In this document: positions 1-13,333 of the stretch, piece after piece | Numbering within the stretch: position 1 is the first letter of the stretch | How the letters are laid out: each line of letters begins with the position of its first letter | NCBI GenBank assembly: GCA_050613775.1 | Contig: JBODTK010000109.1 | Coordinates: 124,001 to 188,000 of the forward strand | DNA from: Neocallimastix sp. 'constans' | Lineage: Eukaryota | Reading direction: 5' to 3' | DNA length: 64,000 bases | The notes under the pieces: model-generated | Told to the model about the DNA's origin: nothing | Database searches by the model: none | What the model saw: only the letters and a program-made list of their open reading frames with translations | Translations under genes and position numbers: made by a program

Positions 1-151
1 AATTTTTTTTTATTATAATACAGTTAATATTTTTTAATTTATTAATTATTTGATTTAATTAATAATTGAATATATAATATATAATTTGGAATTTTTTTTT
101 TAGTATTAATAACTTCTTTTTTATAAATGAAATAAAATAATTATAAATAAT

Positions 152-182
<31 letters not shown>

Positions 183-911
183 ATAGTAATTTAAATTTGA
201 ATATAAATAATTTTAATTTAAAATTAAAATAAAAAGAAAGAAAAAAATAGTATAAATATATATTCAAAGAAAATTGTAAGAGTTTACGTTATTTTATTAT
301 TTTTTTTAAAAAATAAAACAAATAAAATATATTTGTTCTGTTTGTTTGGAAAATATGAAGATTATATAGTATATTATATTGAAATTTATTTTGATCATTA
401 ATCCATCAAATGAAATATTAAAGATTATTTATTAAATTAAATCAAATATTTAATAATTTAATATTTATAAATATAGCTTGATAATAAAATATTGATATTA
501 AGAAGGTAATATTTAGTAGTAAAAGCATAATTAATAATTAATTCTTTAAGATTTATTTAGCTTTGATAATATAAATATATATATTAAAGAATATATTTAC
601 TATTAAAAAATAAAATTTGAGTTTATATAAAATGAGATTTGAAATAACAAATGATTATAAACCTAATAATAATTATAATTATAATAATTATAATAGTAAT
701 AATAATTATTATTAATATTTTGAAATTTTATTAATACATTAAGTAGAATTATATAATTATATAGTAGAAAAATATAATATAATAGAAGATAATTTTTATT
801 TAAAACATACATAATTATTAAATAATGTAAATATAATTGCATTTTAACTTTAAATTATTCATATATTATAAAATTAAAGTATTATTAAGATTTCATTACA
901 ATATTATTGAT

Positions 912-3900
912 ATGGTTGCATTAACTTCCGCAGGTATTTTCTAATTTAATAATTTAAATAATTAAATAAATAAATAAATAAATAGATAAATAAATAAATA
1001 AATAAATTATATTAATAAAAATTAAAAGTATATTAACTGAAAATTGTAAATTAATCGGTATTATAATTGCTTAAACAAAAGCTGGTGTAATATCTTTACT
1101 AGACGAAAATTCAGAAGAACTTCAAATATATGCCTTAAAAAAGCTTAATACTATAGTAGATCAGTTTTGGGCTGAAATATCTGATTCTGTTTCTAAAATG
1201 TAAATTTTTATTTGAAATACAAAGAATTTATGAAAAATAAATACTAAATATATATATATAATTTTATATTATTTATATATATATTATACATTTAGTGAAG
1301 TTCTTTATGAAAATGAACAATTTAAATATCGTAATTTAGCTGCTTTAGTGGCTTCAAAAGTATAAATTTTATTTTATTATAATAATAATAGAAAGATAAT
1401 GAAAAATTAAGACAAATTTGATTAAATACTTTATTGGTTATATTAAAATTATAATTTTTATATAAAATAATTGAAGGTATATTACCATCTTGGTGAATTT
1501 GACGAATCGATGTCATTTGCTCTTGGAGCAGGTGATCTTTTTGATTCTTCACTTAGTACTGAATACGTAGAAACTATTGTTGGTAAGTTTAATAATATTA
1601 TATATATTACATGTTAAATTTAAATGAAGTAATGAAAGAATATTTAGATTTATTGAAAAAAGGAAGAATAATAATTACTAATTATAAATTAAATACTTAT
1701 CTAAATCAATTTTTTGAAATAAAAATATTAACAATAAAAAGCAAAATGTATTGATCATTATATATATTTAAGATCAAATAATCAATTGGACGAAATTTCA
1801 CCAGACCTTGAACAAATTATTGAAAAAGTTTTTGAAAGATGTTTTAAAGATAAAGAATACAAACAAGTAATTAATACCTAACTATATTAGTATACTTTAA
1901 AATATAAATAAATTAATTAATGGATAAATTAAAAATTATTATTTGGTTATATATGTAATTTCAAAATATATAATTTAAATAAATTAAAAAAGGCTATTGG
2001 TATTGCATTAGAATCTTTAAGATTAGATATTATTGAAAAAGCTATCAAAGCTGGTGATTCAAAAGAACTTTTATCATATGTTTTAAATGCTTCAATGACA
2101 TTAGTTCAAAATCTTAATGCAAGAAATGAAGTAAATTGATAAGAAATAATTTTATAGTATTAATTATTTTTTCTAATTTTTCAATGAAAAAAAATATTGA
2201 CAATATAATAAATCTATAAATATATATTTTTATTTTCAATTATTGTTTTTATTAATGAAATAAAAGGTATTGAAATTACTTGTCAGTTTATTTAGAGATT
2301 TGGATGAATCAGATTATATTTCTATGACTCAATGTTTCTTACATTTAAAGGATTCTTACTCATGCGCTGAAACTTTAAAGAACTTAGTTAATGGCAATGA
2401 AGTAATTATTAATTTTAAGTATATATATTATATGAAATTTTAAATGAATCGGTTAAAAGAATAGTAGTAATAGTTTAAAATATTAATTTTATTATAATTA
2501 TAATTATTATTTTATTTAAAGAAACAATTATTAATGGCTTACCAAATTGCATTTGATCTTGAAGAAAATGCTACTCAAGATTTCTTACAACAAGTATTAA
2601 ATACATTACCAGAACCAGCTGCAAAGAATGAAGCTGATATGGATACCGATAATACTGTATGATTTAATTTAAATTTATTGAAACTAGATTACATAAAATT
2701 TTTTTAATTTAAAATAATATTAAATTAATAATGAATTAATTTAAATAAAATTTATTTAGGCTAATGAAGATCCAATTAGTAAAATTAGATCTATTTTAGA
2801 AGGAGATATATCCATAAAATTAAATTTAGAATTCTTATTTAGAAATATTCATACTGATTTACAAATTTTAAATGCTACTAAGGTTAATATATGTTAATTT
2901 TTATTATAAAATAATAATTTTATAAATAATAGCAAAAATAATTATAATAATAATAATAATAAAAAGAAGAATTAATAAATTATTTTTTTTTAATAACAAT
3001 TTTAAATATAAATTTTTTTCAATTAGGATGCTCTTGATTCAAGAAACTCTATGTATCACTCAGCAATTACTTTTGCTAACGCTTTCATGAATTCTGGAAC
3101 TACAAGTGATGAATTCCTTCGTAATAATTTGGAATGGCTATCTAGAGCTTCAAATTGGTCGAAGTTTAGTGCTACTGCTGCCTTAGGTGTTATTCATAAA
3201 GTTAGTTAAGATATTATTTTAAATATTCAAATTAACATTAACAATAACTAATTTTATAATTTTTTAATATATTCATTTTACGTAATATTATATAATATAT
3301 AAAATGGAATGTTAATATTATGTAATGTTTATTTAATATTTTTTTATAGGGTCACATTGATCAAGGTTTAAAATTACTTGCTCCATATTTACCGCAAGAA
3401 GGTGTTAGTAGTAGTCCATATTCTGAAGGTGGTTCTCTTTTTGCTTTAGGTTTAATTAATGCTAATCATGGTGGCGAAGTTCTTGATTATTTAAGAAATG
3501 CATTAAATAAAACTCAAAATGAGATTATTCAACATGGAGCTGCTTTAGGTTTAGGTGCTGCTGGTATGGCCACTGCTAGTGATGAAATTTATGAAGAATT
3601 AAAGAATGTTTTATTCACTGATAGTGCTGTTGCAGGAGAAGCTGCCGGTTTAGCAATGGGTTTAATTATGCTTGGTACATCTTCTGAAAAGGCTATTGAT
3701 GAGATGTTACAGTATGCACATGAAACACAACACGAAAAAATTATTCGTGGTTTAGCTATTGGAATGGCTTTAATTATGTATGGAAAGGAAGATACTGCTG
3801 ATGCTTTAATTGAACAACTTTTACAAGATAAAGATCATATTATTAGATATGGTGGTATATATATGATTGCTTTAGCTTATTGTGGTACCGGTAATAATAA

Positions 3901-5553
3901 GGCAATTAAAAAATGTTTACATGTTGCTGTTAGTGATGTTAATGATGATGTTAGAAGTGCTGCTGTAACTGCTCTTGGTTTTATATTATTTAAAACTCCA
4001 AAGCAAGTTCCACGTATTGTTCAATTATTATCTGAGAGTTACAATCCACATGTTCGTTATGGTTGTACTCTTGCTTTAGGTATTTCATGTGCTGGTACTG
4101 GTATGCCAGAAGCTATGGAACTTTTGGATCCTTTAACTAAGGACCAAGTTGATTTTGTTAAGCAAGGTGCATTAATTGCCTCTGCTATGATATTAATTCA
4201 AAGTAATGAAATCATGTCACCAAAGGTTGCTTCTATTCGTAAGACATATGAAACTATTATTAAAGATAAGCATGAAGAAGCGATGGCTAAATTTGGTGCT
4301 GTTTTAAGTCAAGGTATTTTAGATGCTGGTGGTCGTAACGTTACTATTACTTTACAATCAAGATCAGGTTATAACAATATGGCTTCTATTGTTGGTATGA
4401 CCATTTTTACCCAATTTTGGTATTGGTATCCACTTACTCATTTCTTATCTTTGGCCTTTACTCCAACTGCTTTTATTGGTCTTAATTCTAAGCTTGAAGT
4501 AAAATTTTTTTTCTTTTACTTTAATTTATTTCTAGATTAATAATACAATATTTAATCTATGTATTAATACTTTGATATATCTATAAGATTAATTATTATC
4601 TATTGATATAAAATATTATTATATGATTAATTATTATCTGTTGATATAAAATATTATTATATGATTAATTATTATCTATTGATATAAAATATTATTATAT
4701 ATATTAGATGCCAAAACTTGAATTTATTTCCAACGTAAAGCCATCTTTATTTGCTTATCCATCTCCAATGAAGAAACAAGAAAAAACTGTTGTAGAAAAA
4801 GTAGCTACTGCTGTATTATCTACTACTGCTAAGACTAAGGCTCGTGCCAAAAAGAATGAAAAAGAAAAGGGTGGTGAACCAGAATCTATGGATACTGTAA
4901 GTTATTATATTTATTATTTTGGGTTAATAATTTTATTTAATGTAAATCATTTAATAATATTTATTGATACATTTTAATAATAGGATGAAAAGAAGGAAGA
5001 AACTCAAATGGAAGTTGATAATACTGAAAAGAAGGATGAAGAAGTAACTTTTATAATTTATTTACTTTTTTTTATTATTATTATTACTATTGTTTTTATT
5101 TTTATAATTATTTTTATTTTTTATTGTAGAAAATTAATAATATATTATATATATAATATTAATTTTGATATTTAATAGGCTGAAAAGCAAGAAAAGAAAA
5201 AGAAGCAAACTTTCGAAAAACTTGGTAATTTAACCCGTGTTGTACCGGCTCAATTAAAATATATTATATTTAAGGATGATTCACGTTATATACCTGTAAA
5301 GAAGAATATTGTTGGTGGTATAACAATTATGGAAGATAGACAAAAAGGTCAACCAGAAGAATTATTAGAATTTAGTACTCCAAGTAAGTTTATTTTTAAA
5401 ATCAAATATTTATGATAGATAATAGCTATTTTGATATCTAAAATATCAACTAATTAATATATATAATTTTAATAAATAGAACAAATAGCGACTGTAGATC
5501 CACAAGATGAAGAACCCGGACCACCAGAGCCATTTGTTTATGAAGAAGATTAA
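912..5553 (+). CDS. RPN2: 26S proteasome regulatory subunit Rpn2/PSMD1, about 15 exons
   Basis: ATG at 912. Manual splicing gives [42 protein letters not shown] (Rpn2 N-terminus). PC repeats lie in ORF 3566-4540 ([45 protein letters not shown]). The C-terminus [14 protein letters not shown] ends at TAA 5551-5553. Introns are GT-AG. Confidence 0.97.
4587..4700. repeat. 38-bp tandem repeat (3 copies) inside an RPN2 intron
   Basis: The unit gattaattattatct(a/g)ttgatataaaatattattatat starts at 4587, 4625 and 4663. Confidence 0.9.
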
Positions 5554-5763
5554 ATCATCACGAAATAAATTAATAAATAAAAGTAATATTGTTTTAATAA
5601 ATTAACAAAATATATATACATATTAAAAAAAATTATGTAATAAAATTATTAAATTAAATAATAACAATAACAACAACAACAACAATAATAATAATAATAA
5701 CAATAATAATAATAAAAACATGAAATAAATAAATTAATAAATTAATAAACATTTAAAACAAAT

Positions 5764-5815
<52 letters not shown>

Positions 5816-6083
5816 AAAAAAAGAAAATATGTTTCATTTTATTAGTGTTAAAATATATAATAAAATAATAATTATATATTTTATAATTTATTAAGTAAAT
5901 TTCATTTTGAATCATTTCTAAAGTAATATATTACTAATTTCAATTACATTAATTATAAAACTTGTTAAAAAAAATTAATATTTTATTTTTTTTTCTTCAA
6001 TTTATGATATAACAATGGCTTCACACATTAATACTGTGCTTTTTTTATTTTATTTTATTCAATCTGTACTTTATATTTATATT

Positions 6084-7548
6084 CTAAAGGGAATAGCTTT
6101 ACGTCCCTTTATTGTGTTTCTAAAGAACTTAATATTCCTCCTCTTTCGGCGAAATGTTCGATTGCTCAGATAAGGTGTTTTAAAAAATGGAAAAATAAAA
6201 ATGTATTATCTCTGATTTACTTAGAGATATATCTCGTTGTAGACGTCATGCATGGGGTAAAGAAAGTAAAATTTTAGCAGACAAATTAGATAAATTTCCA
6301 TCAAAAAAAGCTATTTTAAACTTTTACAGGGATAGAGATATGGCAGGAAAATCAATCAAAGCTAAGGCTTATAATAAAAATAAATTTGAGAAAACTAGAG
6401 AGTATCTTAAGCTAAATTATAAATATCCTTAATTTAGCATTGGCTTATGATGGGTACTTCGTGCCAGATGTGGATATAAATTCGATGCTCGTGTTGCCAA
6501 AGCCGCCAAAATGATTGAAGAAGAGTGTCCTGAAAGGTGTCCTTGTTGTTATAGAATATATAGTAATCCTCGATTGGAACATTGGTTTTCTAAATGCTAT
6601 TTTTTCAATGTATTGCGAATGAAATATTTTAAGGATATTGATATTCTTTATGAAAAATTTTATATAATTTCTAAATACCGTCCAATATCAAATAGTAATG
6701 TAAACACTGTTATCACAGATATGAATAATATAGAATTAAGTTCAGGTTCTGATATTGGTAACGAAGTATATAATATTAATAATACTAACAATAAAAATAA
6801 TATTGTTAATAGTAGTAGAAATAGTGATAGTGAAAATAGAAATATTAATATTAGTGATAGTGAAAATTATAATATCGTTACTTCTAATTAAGTGAATAGT
6901 TCAATTGGTGAAAATCGTGATAATTTAAGTAATTTTCTGAATAATGAGTGTGTAAATATAAATGTGACGTGGTACAGATTATATAAATTTCTTCTTGGTG
7001 GAAAAGATTCAGACATTATAGATTTAAATTATAAAAAGGAATGGGATATTTTGTTTAAGAACCAAATCATTTCTGATGATTACTCAAAAACACCATTCTT
7101 GGTGCGATCTGCGGCTCTCTTTACAGAAATTATGCCTCGGGCTAGTACTCGGCAAGGGTTACTATTCCGAAAGTATAAGCGCAAACTAACTAGGAGCGTC
7201 AACGCTGAAAATGCAGTAAGACAGGCTAGTAGGGCCAATGCCTCTGAAGGAGAAGACCAAAATTTCTTTCAGATAGTCAATTCAAACCCTAATCCATAAG
7301 AAGGTGAGTTTCGTTGCATATGAACTTTTTTCCGAATTTATTTATACACTTATTTTTGATTATTACTTTTTATTTCACGTTACTATTTCAATTATTATTA
7401 TGTTCAAATTGGACAAATAATATTTATTTATTTTATTAATTCTGTGTTTTTTTTATTTTTTATTAAAATTAAAAGTATTCATATATTTTATATAAGAATA
7501 AATAAATAAAGATTAAAGTTCGCAATAATTGCGGCTATAAAAAAAAAA
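6084..7548 (+). mobile_element. 5'-truncated, decayed non-LTR retrotransposon (LINE) copy
   Basis: Translates to LYCVSKELNIPPLSAKCSIAQ, ARCGYKFDARVAKAAKMI, CPCC..LEHWFSKC and YSKTPFLV, all matching the C-terminal part of ORF 13334-17731. It has in-frame stops, a poly-A at 7539-7548 and a near-perfect TSD ttatatt(t/c)atatt at 6071-6083 and 7549-7561. Confidence 0.92.
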
Positions 7549-8045
7549 TTATATTCATATTTCAACTATTTATTTTATTTTATTTCATTCAATCTGTACT
7601 TTCTATTCATATTTCAACTATTTATTTTATTTTATTTTATTCAATCTGTACTTTCTATTCATATTTCAACTATTTATTTTATTTTATTCAATCTGTACTT
7701 TCTATTCATATTTCAACTATTTATTTTATTTTATTCAATCTGTACTTTCTATTCATATTTCAACTATTTATTTTATTTTATTTTATTCAATCTGTACTTT
7801 CTATTCATATTTCAACTATTTATTTTATTTTATTTTATTCAATCTGTACTTTCTATTCATATTTCAACTATTTATTTTATTTTATTTTATTCAATCTGTA
7901 CTTTCTATTCATATTTCAACTATTTATTTTATTTTATTTTATTCAATCTGTACTTTCTATTCATATTTCAACTATTTATTTTATTTTATTTTATTCAATT
8001 TGTACTTTCTATTCATATTTCAACTATTTATTTTATTTTATTTTA
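7549..8045. repeat. Minisatellite array (unit about 47-52 bp, about 9 copies)
   Basis: Tandem attcaatctgtactttctattcatatttcaactattt(atttt)n. One more unit lies at about 6045-6083, on the other side of the LINE insertion. Confidence 0.95.
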
Positions 8046-9287
8046 TTTTTTTTTTTTTAACAATTTGTGCCTTATATTATGAAGGATTTCTTATGAATTG
8101 GTTCTAAAAGAAAATTAAGAGAATTAACAGAAAACATCTTTAAATTCCCATTGATAAATTTCTTTGTTGCTATAATCTTTTTTTAATTCTTCATAAGAAT
8201 CATTTAAGTATTATCACCAAACTTTTATGAGTGAGTTCTATTTTTACAAACGAGCTTTGATAAATATTCTTCAGTGAATACGAAGATCTTTCTTTGATCA
8301 ACACTAACAAATCGAGTATCATAATTAAGGCATTCTTTATTTATGACATAAAAACTTTAGTAGTATAAAAGATCATTTAAAAGTAATAGAAAGACCATCA
8401 AAAAAAAAATTATTTAATCCAAATAATATTGAGTGTATTGATAAAATAAATTTTTAAATAATAGAATTTATTTATTTATTACTAGGGGTTAAATTGAAAA
8501 TCAATTCATCAATTTTCAAATCTAAAGATTATTAGATATAGAAGTAATTATGAGGATTCACATGCCATAGCATGGAATGATTGAAAAGGTAGATATAATT
8601 GTAAAATTTTTCTTAATTAAAATAATTCAACTTTAACAATTATAATCAATATATCTTGGTAAAAAGAAAGAAGTTAAAATTTTTGAAATTTTGATAAATA
8701 TGAATATCAAATTGGTAATCTTGATAGTATCAATGAGCACATATTGTTGTAAGAATAGTTAATTCATTCTCTATTATATGTAAAAATTGAAAACATTAGC
8801 TAAATATCGTTCAATATTAAATTTTTTTTTTTTTTTTTTAAATATGAAATAAAATCTGACTATATATATATTAATTAAATTTTAATATTATTTCAATTTA
8901 TATTTCAAAAAAAATAAAAAATTGTTTGTGTCAATTATATAATATCTTTGATCTTAGTTGTAATTTAATATCTTTTTATTTTATTTGCTGTATTTTTTTG
9001 TTATATAAATACAATTTTTTTTTTATTAATTTATGTGCAATTTTTGTGTTTTTTATTTCAATTATATTAATGAAAAAGTTTACATAAAATTAATATATAT
9101 TAATATATATTCTTATAATATTAATAATTAATTAATTTTTAGATAAAATTATATTAATTTTTTTTTTTTTTTTTTTTTTTAATTTATTTTGAAAAAAATT
9201 TGAATATAATATTTTATTAGGATTGTATTTATTAAATATATTTAATCTTCTGAAGTTTAATGTTTTATATATTGTGAATTTGTAAAA

Positions 9288-9418
9288 ATGTCAAGTGTTT
9301 ACATTTCTGAGCCACCTACGAAAGGGAAGGTGGTAATGCATACTTCAATGGGTGATATTGAAATTGAATTATGGTCAAAGGAAGCTCCATTAGCATGTAG
9401 AAATTTCATCCAATTAAG

Positions 9419-9516
<98 letters not shown>

Positions 9517-12010
9517 TTAAAATTTTATTTTAAATTACTATTTAATTGTTATTTTATCTTTATAGTTTTATTTTATTCTTATTTTTTAATTATTAAAATA
9601 CTATATTAATTTTGATATATATTAAATTTATTATATAAATATATATATTTTATTCATTTTATATTTCAATATTTAATATTATATATAAATGATAAAAATT
9701 AAAAAAATAAACCTAATGGTATTAAATAAATAGTTTAGAAGGATATTATGATAATACAATATTTCATAGAATTGTTCCAAAATTTTGTGTACAAGGAGGT
9801 GATCCTACAGGAACAGGAGAAGGTAATATAAAAGTAATTTAATTATTAATTTTCATATGAAAAAGAATAGAATAATAATAATGGTAATAATAAAAGTAAT
9901 AATAATAAAAATAGTTATGTGAAATAATATATTAATATAAATTTAAATATATTTAAGGAGGGGAATCAATTTATGGAAAACCATTTGATGATGAATTTCA
10001 TTCTCGTTTAAGATTTACTAGAAGAGGATTAATGGGGATGGCTAATAAAGGGAAAAATCAAAATGAGAGTCAATTCTTTTTTACATTTGATGCAACACCA
10101 GAATTAAATCATAAAAATACATTATTTGGAAAAGTAACATAAAATAAAATATATTATTAAAATATTTTAAACAATATTATTGTATATAAAATTATTGATA
10201 AATTTAATAAATTTTAATAATAAAATGAAAAAGATTGTTGGTTCAACATTATTTAATATGTTAAAAATGGAAGAATTAGAAATAGATAGTGAAACTGAGA
10301 GACCTTTATATCCACCTAAAATATTATCAATTAGTATTATTCATAATCCATTTGATGATATATTACCAAGAATTACATCTGAAGAAAAAAAAGCAGCTGA
10401 ATTAGCAGAAAAACTTAAAAATGAAATAAAAAAACCAAAAAAAAAAGAAAAGAAGTAAATAATTAAAAAAAAAAAAAAAAAAAAAAAAAATAAAATAAAA
10501 TTAAAATATTTCTATAAATATAATAATCAAATAATAAATATGATATATATATAAATTTTTTTTTATATAATAAAGACGTTTGAATCTTTTATCATTTGGT
10601 GCTGAAGAAGAAGAACAAGAAAAAGATTTAGAAGCATCTAATATTAATACTAAAATAAAAAGTAGTCATGATTTATTAACTGAAGATGTACATTTAAGTA
10701 ATAAAGTTTCTGTTGACCTTGAAATGAATAATGTAATAATTCTTTTAAATACCTTTTAATTTTTCTTTTCTTTTATTATTATTTTTATAATTTTTATTAT
10801 TATTGCATTTGTTATTATTATCATTATTTATTTATTTTATTATAAAATTTTGTTTTATTTGGCATTTTATTATGCTTTATTACTTTAAACATTGGAATAA
10901 TAGGATAAAGTAAAGAAAGAAAAGGATAACAAAAAGAAAGAAAAGGATGTTTTAACAAATAATTCAAATGAAGTAGATGAAAATAAAGAAGCAAAAAAGA
11001 AATTTAAAAGTATTGATGAGATAAAATCAGAAAAAATGTAAGAATTAATATATAATAAATACAATTATACCAATATATATTTTTAAATTATTATTTTTAT
11101 AAAATTTATTTTTTTTTTTAAATAAATTTAATAAAAAATTATATAAATGGTGTTATATATACTATTAATAGGAGGAATATTCAGGATGAAATAGATAAAA
11201 TTAAAAAAGAATTTATTGAAAAGGATAAGAAGAAGTCATCAAAAGAAAAAGACAAAGACGATAAAAAGAAGAAGAAGAAAAGAGGGTTAGAATTACTACA
11301 AATGGAAAGGGAAAAATACATGAATAGTTCAAAAGCTATAATAAAAAAAAATAAAAAGCATAAATCAAGTCATGATGAAGATGAAACTTTAAAATTAATG
11401 CTGAATTTCAAAAAACAATTGCAAGATATAACCTATAGTGAAAATCGTTCAAATAAATCAAGAAAGGAACAAAATGTTGAAATTGATGAACATGGATTAT
11501 GTAAACTTCATAATAAAAAAAATTGTTTATCTTGTCAAGCAATGTTTAATGAAAGAAATCAAAAAGAATTACTTGGAGAAATAAGTGATGAAGACGATAA
11601 ATCAGATGATGAAAATTGGCTATCACATAATCTTGTATTTGAAGATGAAGGTTCAAAAGATATTTTTAAAGTTGATGATTACATTGTAATTGATCCAAGA
11701 GAAAGAGAGTAAGTTCTTTATAATGTATTTCTAGATGATTTTAAAAATTTTAAATAAATAAATAGATAAATACATAAATAAAATGATAAATAAATAAATA
11801 AATAAATTTAAAATGATACATTTAAGACTAATATATATATATATATATATTATATTATATTTTATATATTATATTATATTTTATTTTTTTTTTTTTAAAA
11901 AAAAAAAAAATATTAATAGAAAACAGGCAAAAAAAGAATATTACACAAGAAAACAAGAGAAATTAGCAAAGCCTTTTAAATCTTCTCATCATTTACATCA
12001 TAGACATTAA
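9288..12010 (+). CDS. CWC27: Spliceosome-associated cyclophilin-type PPIase Cwc27, multi-exon
   Basis: Spliced protein reads [111 protein letters not shown]. It has a C-terminal CxxH..CxxC motif and VIDPRE, and stops at 12008-12010. Confidence 0.95.
9420..9516. repeat. (TAT)n microsatellite in CWC27 intron 1
   Basis: A pure tat run starts at the GT donor and explains the poly-Tyr artefact in the ORF track. Confidence 0.97.
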
Positions 12011-12583
12011 AATTTTGATTTTTTTAAAATTATTTATTTTTAGTTTTATTTATTTATGTATATTATTAACAATATTAATGTAGTTATATGATCATTTTAT
12101 CTATTATTTCTATTATTTATATATAAATATCATTAAATTGATATTATTGGATATTAAGAATAAAAGCAATAAAATATGAAATTTATATCTAATTTTTATT
12201 TACTTATTTTCTTATTTACTTATTTATTAAGTTATTTTTAAATTTTATTTTTATATATATTTTATTTTAAACACATATAGGTAATATGATATACTAATAA
12301 AATATAAAAATATAAATTTATTATGTTTATTAAGTTTTATTTAAAGAATTAAAAATTAAATTCATTAAATACTTCATTAAAGTGTATAAATGAATATTCC
12401 ATTATCTAATAAAACATGCAATCATTTTTATACAATGGAGTTATATAGAATAATAATAATAATAATAAAAATAATAATAATAATAATATTTCATATTTAA
12501 TAATAATAATAATTATAAATATACAAACGTTCTGGGTAATAATAAAAACTATAAATAAAACACTTAAATTTATTTTACACTAT

Positions 12584-12627
<44 letters not shown>

Positions 12628-13333
12628 AATAAATATTTTTATTTATTATTTATTATTTATTATTTATTTTATTTATACCCCGAGCAGGGGTGTACTCGAT
12701 TTATGTATTTAAATCGCCTGCAAGGGGAATTAACTTTACTCTTATAAAGTAGATCCACAGTACTGGTGCAAAATAGTAGTAAAGTTATATTTTGTGTTAA
12801 TTAATAACATTATGCGCAATGGTAATGTTATTGGTAAAATTTTTCTGGTGAACACTCACTGCGGAATATAATGGTGCATTTTTGGAACATTGTTAAATAA
12901 GTTACACCCAAGAATTAGTAATACATTTTTATTGTATTTCTATTTTCATGTAGTATTACTATTCTCATGTAAGAATCTATTGTATTCAATTGTATTTCAA
13001 CTTTATATTTCATGTATCACGTTGTAAGAGATTGATTCACTCTAAATCTTGTAGTAATTTATTTAACTCTTTACTAATTTTGTGCCATTTTATTTCATCA
13101 ATTCAATCTTAGTCATTAAATACTTTATGATATTCAATTTAAATAATATACTGAAAAAAGTGCTAAATCAAATTATTTTTCAATCATTCAACAAACTACT
13201 AATTATCGAAATTATTTACTCCAAAAAGATATAAAATTATTACAATTCTCATTATACTCAAGACTTTATAATTAAAATTGACTTTTTTTTATTTTTTTTT
13301 TTAGTTATTAATTTTTAGTTTTTTATTACTATT

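Noticed and set aside
8060..8800. Possible Gypsy-like remnant on the minus strand (EFKDVF)
   Set aside because: Only one short motif among many stops, which is not enough to call.
12933..13020. Resemblance of the LINE 5' UTR to the minisatellite unit
   Set aside because: The shared words are short, AT-rich and not colinear.
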